A stretch of 32,665 nucleotides of DNA from Catajapyx aquilonaris (Eukaryota): assembly GCA_000934665.2 (NCBI GenBank), contig JYFJ02004357.1:1-32665 (forward strand), read 5' to 3'. The position numbers and the translations under genes were made by a program. Of the stretch, positions 21,175 through 31,920 are shown piece after piece. Position 1 is the first letter of the stretch, and the number at the start of each line of letters is the position of its first letter. The notes beneath the pieces are model-generated. The model made no database searches. It was not told the DNA's origin and saw nothing but the letters and a program-made list of their open reading frames with translations.

Positions 21175-21790
21175 CCGATCGTCGTTTGGTTTTCCGCACT
21201 TATGTGCAGCACTACAGGCATACCTGTGTTAATCTGAGTAGAGGTCTAATGATAATTGCTTGCTTTGCGTGTGTGCTACTTTGACATTTGTACATAAGTG
21301 TTGCTCTATGCTCTATCCATGTGAACATTTGTGGTTGACTCTTCTCTTTCTCCAATGTCACCTCCACTTGATGGGTTGCACCTGAATTCACTCTCTACTA
21401 CCTACTGATTGAGCATTCATTAGCTAGGCCACAATGCTGTGTAGCCTGTGTGACCTGCTGATGGGCTATGTTGCATTCCTGTCCATTCCTGTTAGCTGTG
21501 TGAACAGGCTTGGCTATCTTGCGCCAGGAAACGTCCTGGCCAAAGGTTGTTCTTGTGAATGCGCATCATGCGTGTTGAGTAGCACCAATCATGTAAGGCC
21601 TCAAACCTGCTGATGCATGGCCAAAGAGCTTTGACATATTAATTAACAACATCATGAGGGGCATATGAGCTAGGGAAGAGTAACTAGTACCTAAGGACTA
21701 GCTGGAGGGATATAACTGATCAGAAAAGGCTAGACATAATCAGTCTTTACCACCCACCCCAACTAGGATCAAACATTATCTCTTGTCATA

Positions 21791-22176
21791 AGGTACGTTT
21801 ACACGGGTGCAAAATTCCTAGGAAAGAAGATTCCACTAAAAGTAGATTCCAAGTATTTTCCAACTTCCCAGTGGCCTTGGGCCTCACGAGCCAGGTTAAA
21901 ACAGATGAAACACGCAATCCGCGCAACCCAACAACGAGAGGGGGAAAAGGAGCAGGGGTGGGGTGTCGGGGGGAGGGAAAGGCGGCATGCGGTCAGAAGT
22001 CATGTGACTCCACTTTCCATGTTGGAGCGAGATTCCTACTTTCTCCAACTTTGAATCTTTTCCAGCTTGGGGCAGACTTTCCGAGTTTGTACTTTCCCGT
22101 TTGGACGGGTGACAAAACCTGGAATTCAACTTTCCAGGCACTTTCCTAGGAATTTCGCGCCCGTGTGAACGTACCT
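21791..22176. mobile_element. PIF/Harbinger-like MITE
   Basis: ~36-bp TIR AGGTACGTTTACACGGGTGCAAAATTCCTAGGAAAG / CTTTCCTAGGAATTTCGCGCCCGTGTGAACGTACCT with 3-bp ATA flanks. Confidence 0.8.
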
Positions 22177-22446
22177 ATATTTGCTTTCTGACTAGTAGAT
22201 GCTATGGCAACATTACCATTTACTATTGCCCTTTCTGGAACTTTGAGTGGGTCCACAATCACTGGTCACCCTAACTCCTAAATCTAACATGTACTGCTCC
22301 CTAACTTCTAAGAATGCCATAAACAGGCAACAAATCAGTGGCGTGCTTGCAGAAAAAAGACCCTACCGAAGGGGACTAGAATGGGATGTCAACCCTGGAT
22401 GCTAGATCTCCTGCTTATATGGCCGGTTTTTTAATTGTCGGGGGAG

Positions 22447-23559
22447 GTCGGGCTTGATCCTGAATAAATCTACCATCCAGCCAAGCAGACAAGGCCCTCT
22501 CAAGATGCAGTGGAAGCCACCTGCTGATTCCATCAGATCCAATTAGGTATTTTCTTGCAGGTCCTATTTGTGGTAGGCAGTTCATTGTTGTTCCGTAGAT
22601 ACGCCACTGATTGTTGCCCAACAATTAATGACAAGTGTTAAATTGCATGTACTGTTCTATCCCATATCATATGTCTGAAGGTGAGGTAGCATCGGTGCCT
22701 ATAGCGGAAAGGAATGATGGGCACATTGGCACGGCCGGAGAGAATCACCAGAAGAAGTAACATGACCAAGATGGAATGATATATCTTACAACGACTGGAT
22801 GGGTATGAATTCAATATATATCAGAATGGGCTGTCTGGTACCCGATATATGCCAATACACTCATGCTGCTGGGTTATGACCGATGCCTCCTCAGCCTGAC
22901 ATGACAAGCTTTGTAAGCCGAGCCCTTTTTCTGCCAAATGTTGGTCAGTACATTGCCTTCATGAGTCAGGGTGGGTTTCTTGGATTCTATCGAGGTTTGC
23001 CTCGTATCCCCGACAGAATCCAAGAAACCCATCCTGACTCATTATGAAGCCAATGTACTGACAACCATTTGGCAGAAAAAGGGCTCGGCTTACAAAGCTT
23101 GTCATGTCAGGCTGAGGAGGCATCGGTCATAACCCAGCAGCATGAGTGTATTGGCATATATCGAGTACCAGACAGCCCATTCTGATATATATTGAATTCA
23201 TACCCATCCAGTCGTTGTAAGATATATCATTCCATCTTGGTCATGTTACTTCTTCTGGTGATTCTCTCCGGTCGTGCCAATGTGCCCATCATTCCTTTCC
23301 GCTTTAGGCACCGATGCTACCTCACCTTCAGACATATGACATGGGATAGAACAGTTCATGCAATTTAACACTTGTCATTAATTGTTGGGCAACAATCAGT
23401 GGCGTATCTACGGAACAACAATGAACTGCCTACCACAAATAGGACCTGCAAGAAAATACCTAATTGGATCTGATGGAATCAGCAGGTGGCTTCCACTGCA
23501 TCTTGAGAGGGCCTTGTCTGCTTGGCTGGACGGTAGATTTATTCAGGATCTAGCCCGAC
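22447..23559. repeat. ~1.1-kb near-perfect palindrome (inverted repeat, arms ~545 bp, spacer <=18 nt)
   Basis: 22447-22992 is the reverse complement of 23011-23559 with about a dozen differences. The ORF track shows the same peptide on both strands (22415-22624 minus, 23382-23567 plus). Confidence 0.95.
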
Positions 23560-24505
23560 TCTTGTGAAAATTTTAAAAGGCTTAGTAAAACCTTTAGTTG
23601 ACTGTAAATTTGGAAGAATACAGTGAATTTGGTTGGATCAGGGTTATCATGATGAAGCAATTTAAATTAAGCCTGAAGCATTATAGTATTTCAAAGGAAA
23701 GAAAAATAGGAAGAAATTATATACCAACTACAGTAGGGGTAAGCTAACTTTTGGGACTTGGCTTGTGTCCTTGGCGACCATAATTAGCCCCGCCCCTTAC
23801 CATTTACGCTAACGTATAAAAAATTCAAGAAAGGTCTAATTTTCAGCCCCTTCCAAAATTTCGCGGTTTCCTTTCTTCCCGCGGTATTGCGCAATATGGC
23901 TGAAACTTGACACGTACGGTTATACGTCATAGGTACGTTCAGCTGTGATTTATTTCGGCAAAATCCGAGATGATCTAGCAACTTCGATTAGGAAAGACCA
24001 CCTATATTTTGATGACTTTGGTTTTCTGACTGTCCCAAGCTAAAAAAAAAGTTCAGACAAAATGAATCGTCATTATGAGTTACGAGTGCCCTTACATAGT
24101 AGGCTATATAATAAAGATCATACATCTAAAGAAAATTATATTTTCACTCTCCAAAGAAAGCTCATTGACTTTAACAGAAAGTGCTCACTGGCACCTCCTT
24201 CAAGTGGCGCCCAGGGCACGTGCCATGCATGCTATACCTTAGTTATGCCACTGCCTGGACCACCAGTCAGTAGAAGAAGGTTCTTTTCACAAGTGATTTG
24301 AAGTTTGAAGTGTTTGAGTCCAACAGGACTATTCCGTTGGTGTATGAAATTAATGCGTGTATGTCATAAGAAAGCCTGATAAAGGGGATGAACTGGGTGC
24401 CAACAATTCCTGATGTCAATGTTCAGACCCTAGTTGTTCAGAGGTTTGGAAAAAGGAGCTAGTTTAGGATTTTATGTGGTCTTGTGCAAGGCTGAAAAAT
24501 TCCCC

Positions 24506-24544
<39 letters not shown>
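24506..24544. repeat. (AAT)n microsatellite (SINE tail)
   Basis: Read directly. Confidence 0.9.
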
Positions 24545-24889
24545 TGGGTAGTGCGGACCTCATTCGAGGTATTGCACGGACCTTTATTTATTTTGCAATT
24601 TTTACATACAGTTTTTTTTCGTCGCAACGCCCTGGTCCACGGGCGTATGGGGAAGGGTAGCTTCCCAAGGGAGGGCGCTCTCATGTAGTTTCTAGTCATT
24701 GCAGACCCTCTTAAACACCAGACCTTTTCTCCTGGCCCCGAGCAGAGAAGGGAGTGCAATTCTGCTCCGGCATGTCGGGTGAAAAGCGGAAAAAGACCCG
24801 GCCAAGCAGAGGTGACGGGGACGGGATTTGAACCCCGGCCTCCCGCTTGGCTGGCCAGCGGCGTAGCCACTAGACCACCATGCCTCCCT
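24507..24889 (-). mobile_element. tRNA-derived SINE (family A, copy 2) with extended 3' end and (TTA)n tail
   Basis: Strong similarity to 16790-17028 across head and body, (AAT)n at 24506-24544, TSD-like AAAAATTCCCCA / AAAAAATCCCCA flanks. Confidence 0.85.
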
Positions 24890-25030
24890 AAAAAAAAAAA
24901 AAAAAAAAAAAATCCCCAGTGGCCCAGTGATGCATCAGATTCTTGTTACATATAAATAATTTTTTGTTTTTTGTTTCCAACAGTGATTTCTAACAATTAA
25001 TAAATTGCTCCAATCACACTCTTAAAAGTA

Positions 25031-25199
25031 CACTCGACTCCGGATATAACAACCTGTTGGTTATAGCAGACTCAAATTGCTGGTCCCACCATACTTCCAT
25101 GTGTGGCCTATGTGTATTTGGCTGTCAGAGACCTTTGTTATAGCAGACTGATTTCTGCAGGCCCTAGAAGTCTGTTACCGGTATATCTGGAGTCTACTG
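25031..25199. mobile_element. pogo/Tigger-like MITE
   Basis: TA|CACTCGACTCCGGATATA ... TATATCTGGAGTCTACTG|TA with internal direct repeat GTTATAGCAGACT. Confidence 0.7.
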
Positions 25200-25205
25200 T
25201 ATATA

Positions 25206-25535
25206 CAGCGTGTTTCAACATTTTTGTCTGAACAGTTATCGGAAAATTGCACGTAGCTGCTACTTTGTAAGCAGTGACTTGCAAATTGTGATTTTTCGGA
25301 GGATCGGGGAATATTCCCTGCGAACCGTAGGTTGAAATGGCATACGTGCTGCCCGCTGAAAATTGAGGGTCAAGCCTGGAAAAAAGAGGGTCACACATGC
25401 CATGGGATGTGTGACCCTCTTTTTCCCCATTCCCCATTCCTCCGACAAATCGCCGGTTGCAAGTCACTGCTTACAAAGTAGCAGCTACGTGCAATTTTCC
25501 GATAACTGTTCTGACAAAAAAGTTGAAACAGCCTG
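25206..25535. mobile_element. Tc1/mariner-like fold-back MITE with internal hairpin
   Basis: TA|CAGCGTGTTTCAAC ... GTTGAAACAGCCTG|TA, ~100-bp inverted arms, internal ~20-bp stem at 25378-25426. Confidence 0.87.
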
Positions 25536-26127
25536 TATAACCAATATCGTAGGTATCATTGGGCCGCAGGGGATTTTATTTGTCATGCACACGTGACTAT
25601 GGAATATCTGAAATTAGCTCCTTTTCCCAAACTGCTGAACAACTGGAGTCATTGAAAACTAAAAGTGATATAATTATCTTTTACCTCAATTATTGAGATG
25701 AAGAATTGTTGGTACCCAGCTCGAGTGCTCTTGAATCAGTGTTTCTCGTGACATATGACATGACTTTTTAAATGCGTCAGTATTTGTGCAATTTGGGTGC
25801 CAATTATTGAGGTGACATTTTTGTATTTCTGAGGTGGATAGTAGGTGATTCACTTTCTATGAACACTAGTGTACTACTAGGTAATATTTAGAATTACAAG
25901 GATCATCAGCATTTTAAAATACATTTTTAAGGCATTTCTTATTAGTCTACTAAAATTCAATAATCTTGATGATGGAACCTGCGTTACAGGAAACCTTTTT
26001 GTATGCTTCAGGTTGTGCAAGAAGTCACCAGCTGCACTTCTTATCTAAAATCTGAAGGACCACAACAGACATTAGCTTAGTTTCTTTCGTCAATGGAAGC
26101 TGCACATTTACGGGAGTTCTCTGGAAC

Positions 26128-28284
26128 ATGGCACGTGAATTCCTGCCCCTCTGTGACGTATTATTTAATATCATCTCTCTGGCACTCTACTTTTGCGATG
26201 TGGTATTTGATGTCCTCACAGCATACACACTCTATGAAGAAGGACGTGAGCTACTGGCTGTATTGGCCTTGGCCCTCGTGAGTTCTTCTTTGTTGGCCAG
26301 TCAAGCTTTTTCTGTCTGGCACCACATACAGAAGAATAGTGCTGGGGACAATGATGTTGGTGTACCTGGAAAGGTAGCAGTGGTTTTTATGCACGTTATT
26401 CAGTGTGGTGTTTTGTGGCGTTACTTTAAACTGTTTGTCCCAGTCCATTTTTGTCGAGTGAAGCGTGAAGTGCGGGACTTGTGTGTGTTGCGCTTGCTGC
26501 ATGCATTTTGTGAAGCGGCACCCATGCTTTTGCTGCAGTTGTATGTTGTAATGCAGAAAGAGTCTTCTGGTGAGATTACAGATCTAAACCTGGTGTCCAC
26601 AATACTCTCACTCTTTAATGTGTGTTGGGCATTGGCATCATTTAGCAAGTATGTCCAAAGACATAATGTCCATCGCTTGGTGCTGACATGGCTTGGAGTG
26701 CTGTCCCAGTTCCTGTGGCGACTAGGCACGGTCACATCGCGAGCCGCAGCACTCACTGTATATGCTGTAGTGTATGGTCACTGGTTGTTTCTTGTCCTTG
26801 GGTTACACTGGATCAGCATGTTCCTGTGGCTCATCTCACCACGCAATGTCTTTCGCAGTGAGGACACGGGGTTCTCAAGAACAAGATGGGTTGCATCCTC
26901 GGGTCTGGTTGCTTTTATCTATATATTTTGCTATGTTAATGTACAAGAAGTGAATTCCAGGCAAAAGATTGTAGCTTATTATATTACAATGTTTTTGGAA
27001 AATTCTCTCTTGATAGCTGTATGGCTGGTAGGCATACATAGCGATGCTAATGTGTGGTACAGAGACTTTATTGTGATTTCTGTGTTCGCTTCGTTTGGAA
27101 TAGGCTTAATTTTTATGCTTCTGTACTACCGTTACTTTCATGTCAAGAGACTGAAGTATGTCCAAACCACCTCAAGTAGTTTTCAAAGCCAGGTGCCCCA
27201 TGGAGATGGAGAGCTTGCCAACTCTCCTTCATTGTCAAAGACAGTAAATGTGCCATCCAGCAGAATTGAAGATCCCAAGTTACTTGCAAAGAAGACATAT
27301 GGACACTGTCGACACAGTCACACCAATGGTGATCCACCTTTGCTGCCGCCATATGTTCCAGGTGTGTTCAGTTGTAGATTCAATCCTGCCATGAAGCGAA
27401 AAAAGAAAAAACCAACTTCATTTGTGCCACCTCCTATCCCTGTTGTGCCGTCATTGGGGCCAGTTACTGATGGACGGATGCTCGAGCCATTTTGGAAGAA
27501 ACCCTTGCCCCCTGCAAGTGCTCCAAGTGAGAATGAGAGCAGCGTTGGCTCCAGAGTCAACATCCAACAGAAGTTACGAGAGAAGAAGCAGCAGCAATTG
27601 GCTAAGCTGCGAATGATAGAGGAGGAGATCAGGCAGGGAAAGTTGAAACGACCCAACCCCAGTGACATATCAGACTCGGGGACATTACGCCAACCCATTC
27701 CACGTGCCAAGAAGCAGCCATGGGTATATTCTGATCCCTTGCATGTGCCTTATGTGATGCCGCCACTGCACAAGCAGCGTTCCCAAACACCTGAAATTCT
27801 CCTCTCACCCCAGTACCTGGAGAATGCTTTGGCATATTATGAGACTTTTCGTGACTTCGATTGGAAGTTTGGCATGCCTTACACTCATGACTTGGACCAA
27901 TATTGCAGTGGAAACAATTACATGGGCTTTTCCCAGAGAGAGGAGCGTCCCAGCAAGAATGTGGACAAGAATGTGTACAAATCGTACCGTATCCCCTCTG
28001 ATTTAGATAGTCAGATATCACTTCCAAGATCATACACTCTTCCCCGTGAATTTAGGTACCACAGGAAGTTGAGGCCAAGGAAAACTGTTCGATCCGACCA
28101 TTTTGTGCCTTCAACAAACTCAAGTGATGGTGACGTTGATTCAGCAGAGGACAATGATGCTGATGTGCCTTATGAAGATGAAGAGCGTGTACTTCGACAT
28201 TCTTGTTTGGGAAGGGGAGCCAATGTGATAGGGGGAGGACTAGCCATGACCGGAAGGAACAAACTGCATGAAACAAAATTGTGA
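26128..28284 (+). CDS. XK-related (XKR) multi-pass membrane protein, putative phospholipid scramblase, with long cytoplasmic C-terminal tail. CDS has no introns
   Basis: 718-aa ORF with strong start context (AACATGG). N-terminal ~340 aa hold multiple hydrophobic helices and XK-family motifs (YFCDVVFD, LRLLHAFCEAAPMLLLQLY, FLWRLGTVTSR, MFLEN, FMLLYYRYFH). C-terminus ETKL. Probable upstream splice acceptor at 26010-26011 (tatgcttcag). Confidence 0.93.
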   Translation: MAREFLPLCDVLFNIISLALYFCDVVFDVLTAYTLYEEGRELLAVLALALVSSSLLASQAFSVWHHIQKNSAGDNDVGVPGKVAVVFMHVIQCGVLWRYFKLFVPVHFCRVKREVRDLCVLRLLHAFCEAAPMLLLQLYVVMQKESSGEITDLNLVSTILSLFNVCWALASFSKYVQRHNVHRLVLTWLGVLSQFLWRLGTVTSRAAALTVYAVVYGHWLFLVLGLHWISMFLWLISPRNVFRSEDTGFSRTRWVASSGLVAFIYIFCYVNVQEVNSRQKIVAYYITMFLENSLLIAVWLVGIHSDANVWYRDFIVISVFASFGIGLIFMLLYYRYFHVKRLKYVQTTSSSFQSQVPHGDGELANSPSLSKTVNVPSSRIEDPKLLAKKTYGHCRHSHTNGDPPLLPPYVPGVFSCRFNPAMKRKKKKPTSFVPPPIPVVPSLGPVTDGRMLEPFWKKPLPPASAPSENESSVGSRVNIQQKLREKKQQQLAKLRMIEEEIRQGKLKRPNPSDISDSGTLRQPIPRAKKQPWVYSDPLHVPYVMPPLHKQRSQTPEILLSPQYLENALAYYETFRDFDWKFGMPYTHDLDQYCSGNNYMGFSQREERPSKNVDKNVYKSYRIPSDLDSQISLPRSYTLPREFRYHRKLRPRKTVRSDHFVPSTNSSDGDVDSAEDNDADVPYEDEERVLRHSCLGRGANVIGGGLAMTGRNKLHETKL

Positions 28285-29881
28285 TCATTCTCTACCAATA
28301 ATTTCAGAGCAAAGCAAATCAAATCCAGAGTTAGAGTAGTCAAACTGCATGTTGACTGTGCATGCCGAAATATTTTTGAAGCAATTGAACCACTTGTTTT
28401 TGCTAATGATGGTATTCTGACTGGTTCTACAAATATGCACATTTCTGACTCGAGTGCAGTACAAATATTTTCAGTGCTTTTGTGACAAAAGTTGACATTA
28501 ACAATCCACATAATTTCTTGTCTTGGCAGAAATTTAAATTACATATTGTAAAGAATATTTGATTTTTTCAGGATTGGTGTGATTCTAATTTAGAAGCATT
28601 GCTAATGAGAATCTGGATTATTATAATTATTTTTGTTTCCATGCGATGCAAAAAATAAATTTTCAGATTACAGTTTGTAGTCATGTTTCATGGTCCATTT
28701 AGTAGGTTGCGTATCACTTCTTACTTGATTAACTGAGTGTCTTCCCAGATTCACAAACAACTTTGTCATTGCTTGACTCGGAAAATGCAAAATGAGCATC
28801 TCATACGATGCAAGTTTATATGATTGTGACTAATATTCCAGTATTGAAGCAATGTTGAGCTCTAGTTTCTCCAAATTTTTTGAAGTGCTTCTTGTTGCAA
28901 AGCTTCATTACTTTAGCAATGCTTGATTTATTGTTCTAATATGTGGATATGGATTGATTTGCTCTGTGACTTCCCCATTGCAGAGTATTTACTGTGATGG
29001 CTAATCCTTTCCGTCCTTTCCGTTTGATGCAGGCTGTGTATGAAAATTTGAATTTGAATGTGCTGGTTCAGCTCCGTGAGGGGTACTACTTTAATTCACA
29101 TGTGGGGCTATGAATCAGTGTAGCAGCTGCCTTGGCAGCCACTACTGCCTATTTATTACACCAGTTTAACTTTTCTGAGAATAATCATAAATTTACAACT
29201 TTCTGTTTGTACTTTTAATTTTGCATAATGCGAAGAATGGTGCATAATATTAAGCATATAAAGTGCATTATTATATCCTTCCTATTTATTGCCTTGTTAA
29301 TTGACATCAGCTGTATTTTTATGTAAAAGGTTTTGATATCGTACATTAAAAGTGAATGGGAGCAATTACTGTGCGATGATTTTACCTTTCATTTTCAGCA
29401 ATATACTACCTACATGTTACTGTTGCTGAATGCATGTAAGATTATCGGGTATTTGGGTATACAGCTCACAAATTTTGACGTAAATTAAGCCAAAAAGTTT
29501 TGTGATAGTATTTCAAAAGTGTAGAGAAATGATATCTTAGGCCTGGGTTACACCAGTTTTAACCTTTTTTTTTCCAAGTTAATTCTCAAAACTTTTTTCA
29601 GATACTCGTCATTGCGATGAATTATTATTAACAGGTGTCCAGTTCTGGAAAATTGAATTCCTACTTCCATGCCTTTCTTTCATGCTGACAGCGGTTCCAT
29701 ATGCCTGGATTGAACGGCCTCGTGGAATGAATTAAGTTCGAATTACGAGGTACCCATGTATTACAATCATTGTGTATTATTTAAAACGGTCAAAACTGAG
29801 TAATAGATATGAGCATTAGCTCTTGATATGAATGGAGACATAGAAATGCAAGTGATCGAAACCAGTTTCATAATTGATAGT

Positions 29882-30879
29882 TAGTAAAACTTCTAGAAGT
29901 CGAACTTCCCTAAGTCGAAGTTCTCTATAAGTCGAATGAAATAATTTTATGAGCTTGGTTGGTCACAATGTATAGGAAATAAACTTCCCTAACTCGAAGT
30001 TCTCCATAACTAGAAGTGCAGGCAGGGCCTTACGATGGGATATCAACACCTTTCGTCGCTGGATATAAAGGTAGGCATCCTTATAGAGTTGTGTGTTTGT
30101 CACAGTTGCATGTGACGTTGGGGCAATTTGACCATTGCCTTTCCTCCCGGCAGACCGAGTTATCTGACCTTTCTTGAACAGTCCCTTTTTTTGCTTCGGA
30201 TTCACTCCCTTTTTGTGCTTCATGATGTGAGGGTGTCCGGAGAAGCTGCTGATAACTGACATTTAAGTATTAAGTGTTATATTGGGTCCCCTTGCTGATG
30301 GTATTGTTGAACCGGGATTCAGGGTTCATGGTTGAGGGATTTGGGGGCAGGTTGAACGCACATCAAGTGTGAGGTTCAGTGAAATAGTATGATTGTCCTA
30401 TTCCCTATTCGTCCCAGGGTTATATCATCAGGTATTCTTTATTTTTGGGGGAAATGTTGAACGCACTGTAAAGTGTGATGTTCAGGGAATGTGTGCAACC
30501 GATCCTCCCCCATTATTGCAGCATTAAGGTTCTTTATTTTTGGAGTCCATTGTTGCAAGGTTAAATGAGTTATGTATGCATTGAGCCATTGATTGTGACA
30601 AGGTATTATTTAGTTGATGTTTTGGATGCAACAGGGGAAAGGAAGGGGGATTACCAGCATATGCCATAGTGTGTTGAAAAAGCAGATGCAAGGTCAGGGA
30701 TGTGTGTGTTATGTTTTTGTTGGGCATTAAATGGGGCAAATAGCGGGTGCGCTTGATTTATCACGAACCTATGACCTTATAGGTTCCGTTTGGGCCTCCT
30801 CCTCTCCTTGTCCTGTGACAGTGTTTAAAAAATTCCAAACTTCTCTAACTCGAATCTTCTATAACTCGACGTTTTACTG
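29882..30879. mobile_element. pogo/Tigger-like non-autonomous element
   Basis: Ends TAGTAAAAC / GTTTTACTG|TA with repeated subterminal CT(A)TAA(G/C)TCGAA motifs at both ends. Confidence 0.6.
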
Positions 30880-31507
30880 TATTTAATTTCTGGTACGTAG
30901 TTCAGTATTTGTCTATTATGGTGACCTAAAAATGTTAAAAAGCGTGGTAATATCATTTTACAATCTGCACAATAGAAGGATGCAGGAGGTGGGAATCGCG
31001 ACATTTTTTTATCTGTCGGTTTCCTTGGATGAACTGATTCGGCCTTAATCCCGAGAACATTAAATATGCATTAGAATCCTACTCAAGTTTTGGCATGCCT
31101 CACTTAACGATCCGCACAATGGTAATGGTAAAAGTTTGGGTGTGGGCGACACCAGTATTTTTGAACTCTCATGTTAGCTAATACAGTGAACCCTGCTTAT
31201 AAATGTATCGCTCCTTATCGCAAACATCATTCCTTATTAACCCTTTCATTCCCTCATTTTTTGGGCCGTTTCTTCTCTTTTTGAAGAAAATTTGTAGTAG
31301 GAGTGATATAATGAAAAACAATATATGCTTCAATATTTATCATTTTTACTCGTGGTGGTCCTTTTGAATATAAAAATGCCGAAAACATTCACCTACAGGG
31401 TGTTCCAGATTTTTTAAATGCAATTAACTTTAAATGCAATTAAATTAATTTAAAATTTTAAAATCCCCATAAAATTGTTACGATGGTTGCAAAATAATAC
31501 GAAAACA

Positions 31508-31716
31508 CTGTAGGGGAGACCGGGGCACAGTGGACCACTTTTGCACATTTGAATTTTTATATACTTACCTGTTATACCTACACACCCAATATTTTTCAGG
31601 CATGGTGGAGATACTCCTTGGTAATATAAGTCACTACTATATTCACAGGCAGTGCCATCCTTTTGGCTTTAAAAAAAATTAGAAGCGACCCCCTGCAAAT
31701 GGTCCACTGTACCCCG
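31508..31716. mobile_element. DNA-transposon (pogo-like) fragment with inverted repeat
   Basis: CTGTAGGGGAGACCGGGG terminus-like sequence and 17-bp inverted pair CGGGGCACAGTGGACCA (31521-31537) / TGGTCCACTGTACCCCG (31700-31716). Confidence 0.55.
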
Positions 31717-31728
31717 ATAGGTACCGAA

Positions 31729-31920
31729 GCAGGTTGGCATAGTGGATAAGGCGTCCGATTGCCAATCGGGAGGTCCTGGGTTCGAATCCCGGGGCCGGCA
31801 ACCTTGACCGTGGGACACTCTGTAATGACGCCGCCGGGTGGGGGGGTTGTTTACCTTTCAAGGGCGCGAGCAAAATACTATAACAATCCGACTTTGTGGG
31901 TGCTGAGTCACCATCTACTA
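31729..31920 (+). mobile_element. tRNA-derived SINE (family B). Head 31729-31800 resembles tRNA-Gly(GCC)
   Basis: A box TGGCATAGTGG, anticodon arm TCCGA-TTGCCAA-TCGGG, T arm CTGGG-TTCGAAT-CCCGG. The acceptor stem is mismatched, no T-run terminator follows, and a GC-rich body continues downstream. 3' end approximate. Confidence 0.65.

Noticed and set aside
22415..23567. Twin ORFs MLGNNQWRIYG... on opposite strands as a duplicated gene
   Set aside because: They are a by-product of the palindrome, start at non-ATG codons and show no domain.
23397..24253. hAT element from CAGTGGCGTATCTA to TAGTTATGCCACTG
   Set aside because: The ends are complementary but there is no matching 8-bp TSD, and the left end lies inside the palindrome arm.
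26251..28511. Antisense and alternative-frame ORFs over the XKR CDS
   Set aside because: Shadow ORFs of a long coding region.
29890..30015. CRISPR-like short repeats
   Set aside because: Eukaryotic context with irregular spacing. These are transposon subterminal repeats.
31729..31800. Functional tRNA-Gly(GCC) gene
   Set aside because: The acceptor stem is mismatched and appears one base short around position 8, there is no oligo-T terminator, and it sits among transposon fragments. A SINE head fits better. tRNAscan-SE would decide.
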